Assembly (NCBI RefSeq): GCF_964355755.1
Contig: NC_092675.1
Span: 14,852,912-14,916,911 of the forward strand
Source of the DNA: Antedon mediterranea
Taxonomy: Eukaryota > Animalia > Echinodermata
Reading direction: 5' to 3'
DNA: 64,000 bases
Every line of letters begins with the position of its first letter. Position 1 is the stretch's first letter. Under the pieces are notes generated by a model. The model was not told where the DNA came from and made no database searches. It saw nothing but the letters and a program-made list of their open reading frames with translations. Below are positions 62,346 through 64,000 of the stretch, one piece after another. A program made the position numbers and the translations under genes.

Positions 62346-62910
62346 TATAATAATAATAATAATAGGATTTTTATAGCGCACATACCACTCAAGAGTGCTC
62401 AAGGCACATATAAACATATACACGTCGTAGTGATGTATCGTTACATGTACTGTGCTATTTCAATCGACTAGGACGGTGACAACAAACAAAGTATTACATC
62501 GCAATGTTTTACTGTGTTTAGTGGTATATTATGTGTAAAACACAAAAACAATAATAATAATAACTGGTACTTGATATATCGCATTATGCTGAAAGCCTCA
62601 ATGCGCTTTACAAAGACAGAAAAAATTTAGAAAATTACAAATTAAAAAGGTGGGTTTTGAGGAGAGATTTGAAGACACTGCACTGGTGGAAGTAGCCTGA
62701 CGGATTTCAATAGGCAACGCATTCCATAGAGAAACGGATGTCGAAGAAAATGAACGATTTCCATAAAACTTAGTGGATGGAAGGATGCATTAATATATGG
62801 GCAAGAAGAGACTCAGATCTAGATCTCAGAGACCGCTTAGGAACATAAGGTTGAATAAGTTCAATTAATATTTCGTTACTAAATGAATAAAGAATATATT
62901 TAAAAATTGT
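62346..62910 (-). mobile_element. Two L2-type LINE 3' ends, minus strand
   Basis: (aat)n tails at about 62346 and 62550 next to gcgc stem-loop ends; reading ...ELIQPYVPKRSLRSRSESLL... similar to the C-terminus of the 42435-44192 ORF. Confidence 0.7.
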
Positions 62911-64000
62911 TCCTCTTTGCACCCATCCTCTTCCCCATCCCTCAACCCTAATGTTACATACAAAGCATAAATTAAGTTTGTTTAAATTTGACTTAAACAA
63001 TAATGGTCTCATTTTGTGACAAGTTTCTCTTTCGGAAGTAATTCCCAGTGTGCTAATTTTAGTTGAGTACATAAATCACAGTGTCTATTTATGTATTATT
63101 GTCCTGCGGTACGTACATTTGAAATCGCCAGTTTTTTAACGCTGAAATTATTATGTATTCGAGAACCATCTGTGGGCACGACCTAGATGGTACGCGAGCG
63201 AAGCGAGCGTACCATCTAGTAAATCAAATTTACTTAAATGACAAAAGTTGCTTATTTATAATTTTCTCAAATATTTTACTAAATTGTTGCAAATTGATGG
63301 CAGATCTTTTTTAAATAATGGAAATACCTTGCTTTTTTTAAGTCATCAAGATTCCAGTAGATAGAACAAATTAATTATATAAGTAAAAGTATTTATAATT
63401 TATAATTAATTATTCGTTAAGAAGTGTAGGCTTGCTATTCTGTTGGAGTTCCAGGAGTTGGTCAAATTTCTGTTTGGTTAATATAGGCCTAAACAAAAAC
63501 CGATTTAGCCTAGCCCTAGGTACATAAAAAAACAACCATGTTTTCTATTGTTAACGTTTAGGTGGACACATCATCTGATTTATTTTTTTACTAATAGGCC
63601 TATTTTCATATGTGAAAGATATTCATATTATATAATTCCTTGATAAGAAAGTCCATTAATTTCTGTTCATATCACATAATCCACGCACCTAAAACACTGC
63701 CCATCACCTCATGTGTTATCTCCATGGTTCCATGAGAGATTTTGACACCAAGATAGCAAAACATCTGGTGGAGTGCATTAATTACGGGGGTGTCTTTCTT
63801 TTAATAAAATTGTTGTCCAAAAAATGTATTTTATTTTATTTATTTTTTCAATTTATTTCGATCAAAATCAACATAGTGTGTAATTATACAAAAAAAATAA
63901 AAGTTACAACAAAATATAATTTGCTACCTCCCTAAACAGGCAATCGCATAATCTGAAATCATGTGACTGACCATTTGACTAATCCACTGGGTTTAATGTG

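Noticed and set aside
52857-64000. Further AGL coding exons (and MFSD12 exon 3 in 1-13117)
   Set aside because: No segment encoding the expected next peptides was recognised by eye; they probably lie outside the window, although a short exon could have been missed.

Overview
AT-rich, repeat-dominated animal genomic DNA with GT-AG introns. A marine invertebrate, possibly an echinoderm, is my inference; the sequence does not fix the species. Two conserved genes point away from each other. MFSD12 is on the minus strand (first two coding exons at 13504-13368 and 13251-13118; the rest lies left of the window). The glycogen debranching enzyme AGL is on the plus strand (coding exons 48044-48119, 48402-48624, 52310-52856; the rest lies right of the window). 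Their non-coding first exons and promoters probably lie near 28.2-28.4 kb and 32.6-33.1 kb, each followed by an unusual CTAG/AGGCCT-palindrome tract carrying a copy of the same foldback-type transposon. Most of the remainder is mobile DNA. About 20 kb are non-autonomous Helentron/Helitron2-type (HINE-like) rolling-circle elements nested inside one another just behind their 5' hairpins, with family-specific co-varying inverted repeats. A four-level nest at 39-47 kb runs DIRS-like relic > Tc2/pogo-like MITE > satellite-armed foldback element > young 5'-truncated L2 LINE with an open RT frame. Kolobok-, hAT-, Harbinger- and pogo-like MITEs, decayed CR1/Rex-Babar/L2 LINEs and a decayed Academ-like transposase make up the rest. 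Family names come from terminal structure and recalled protein motifs, not from database searches. Some boundaries are approximate.
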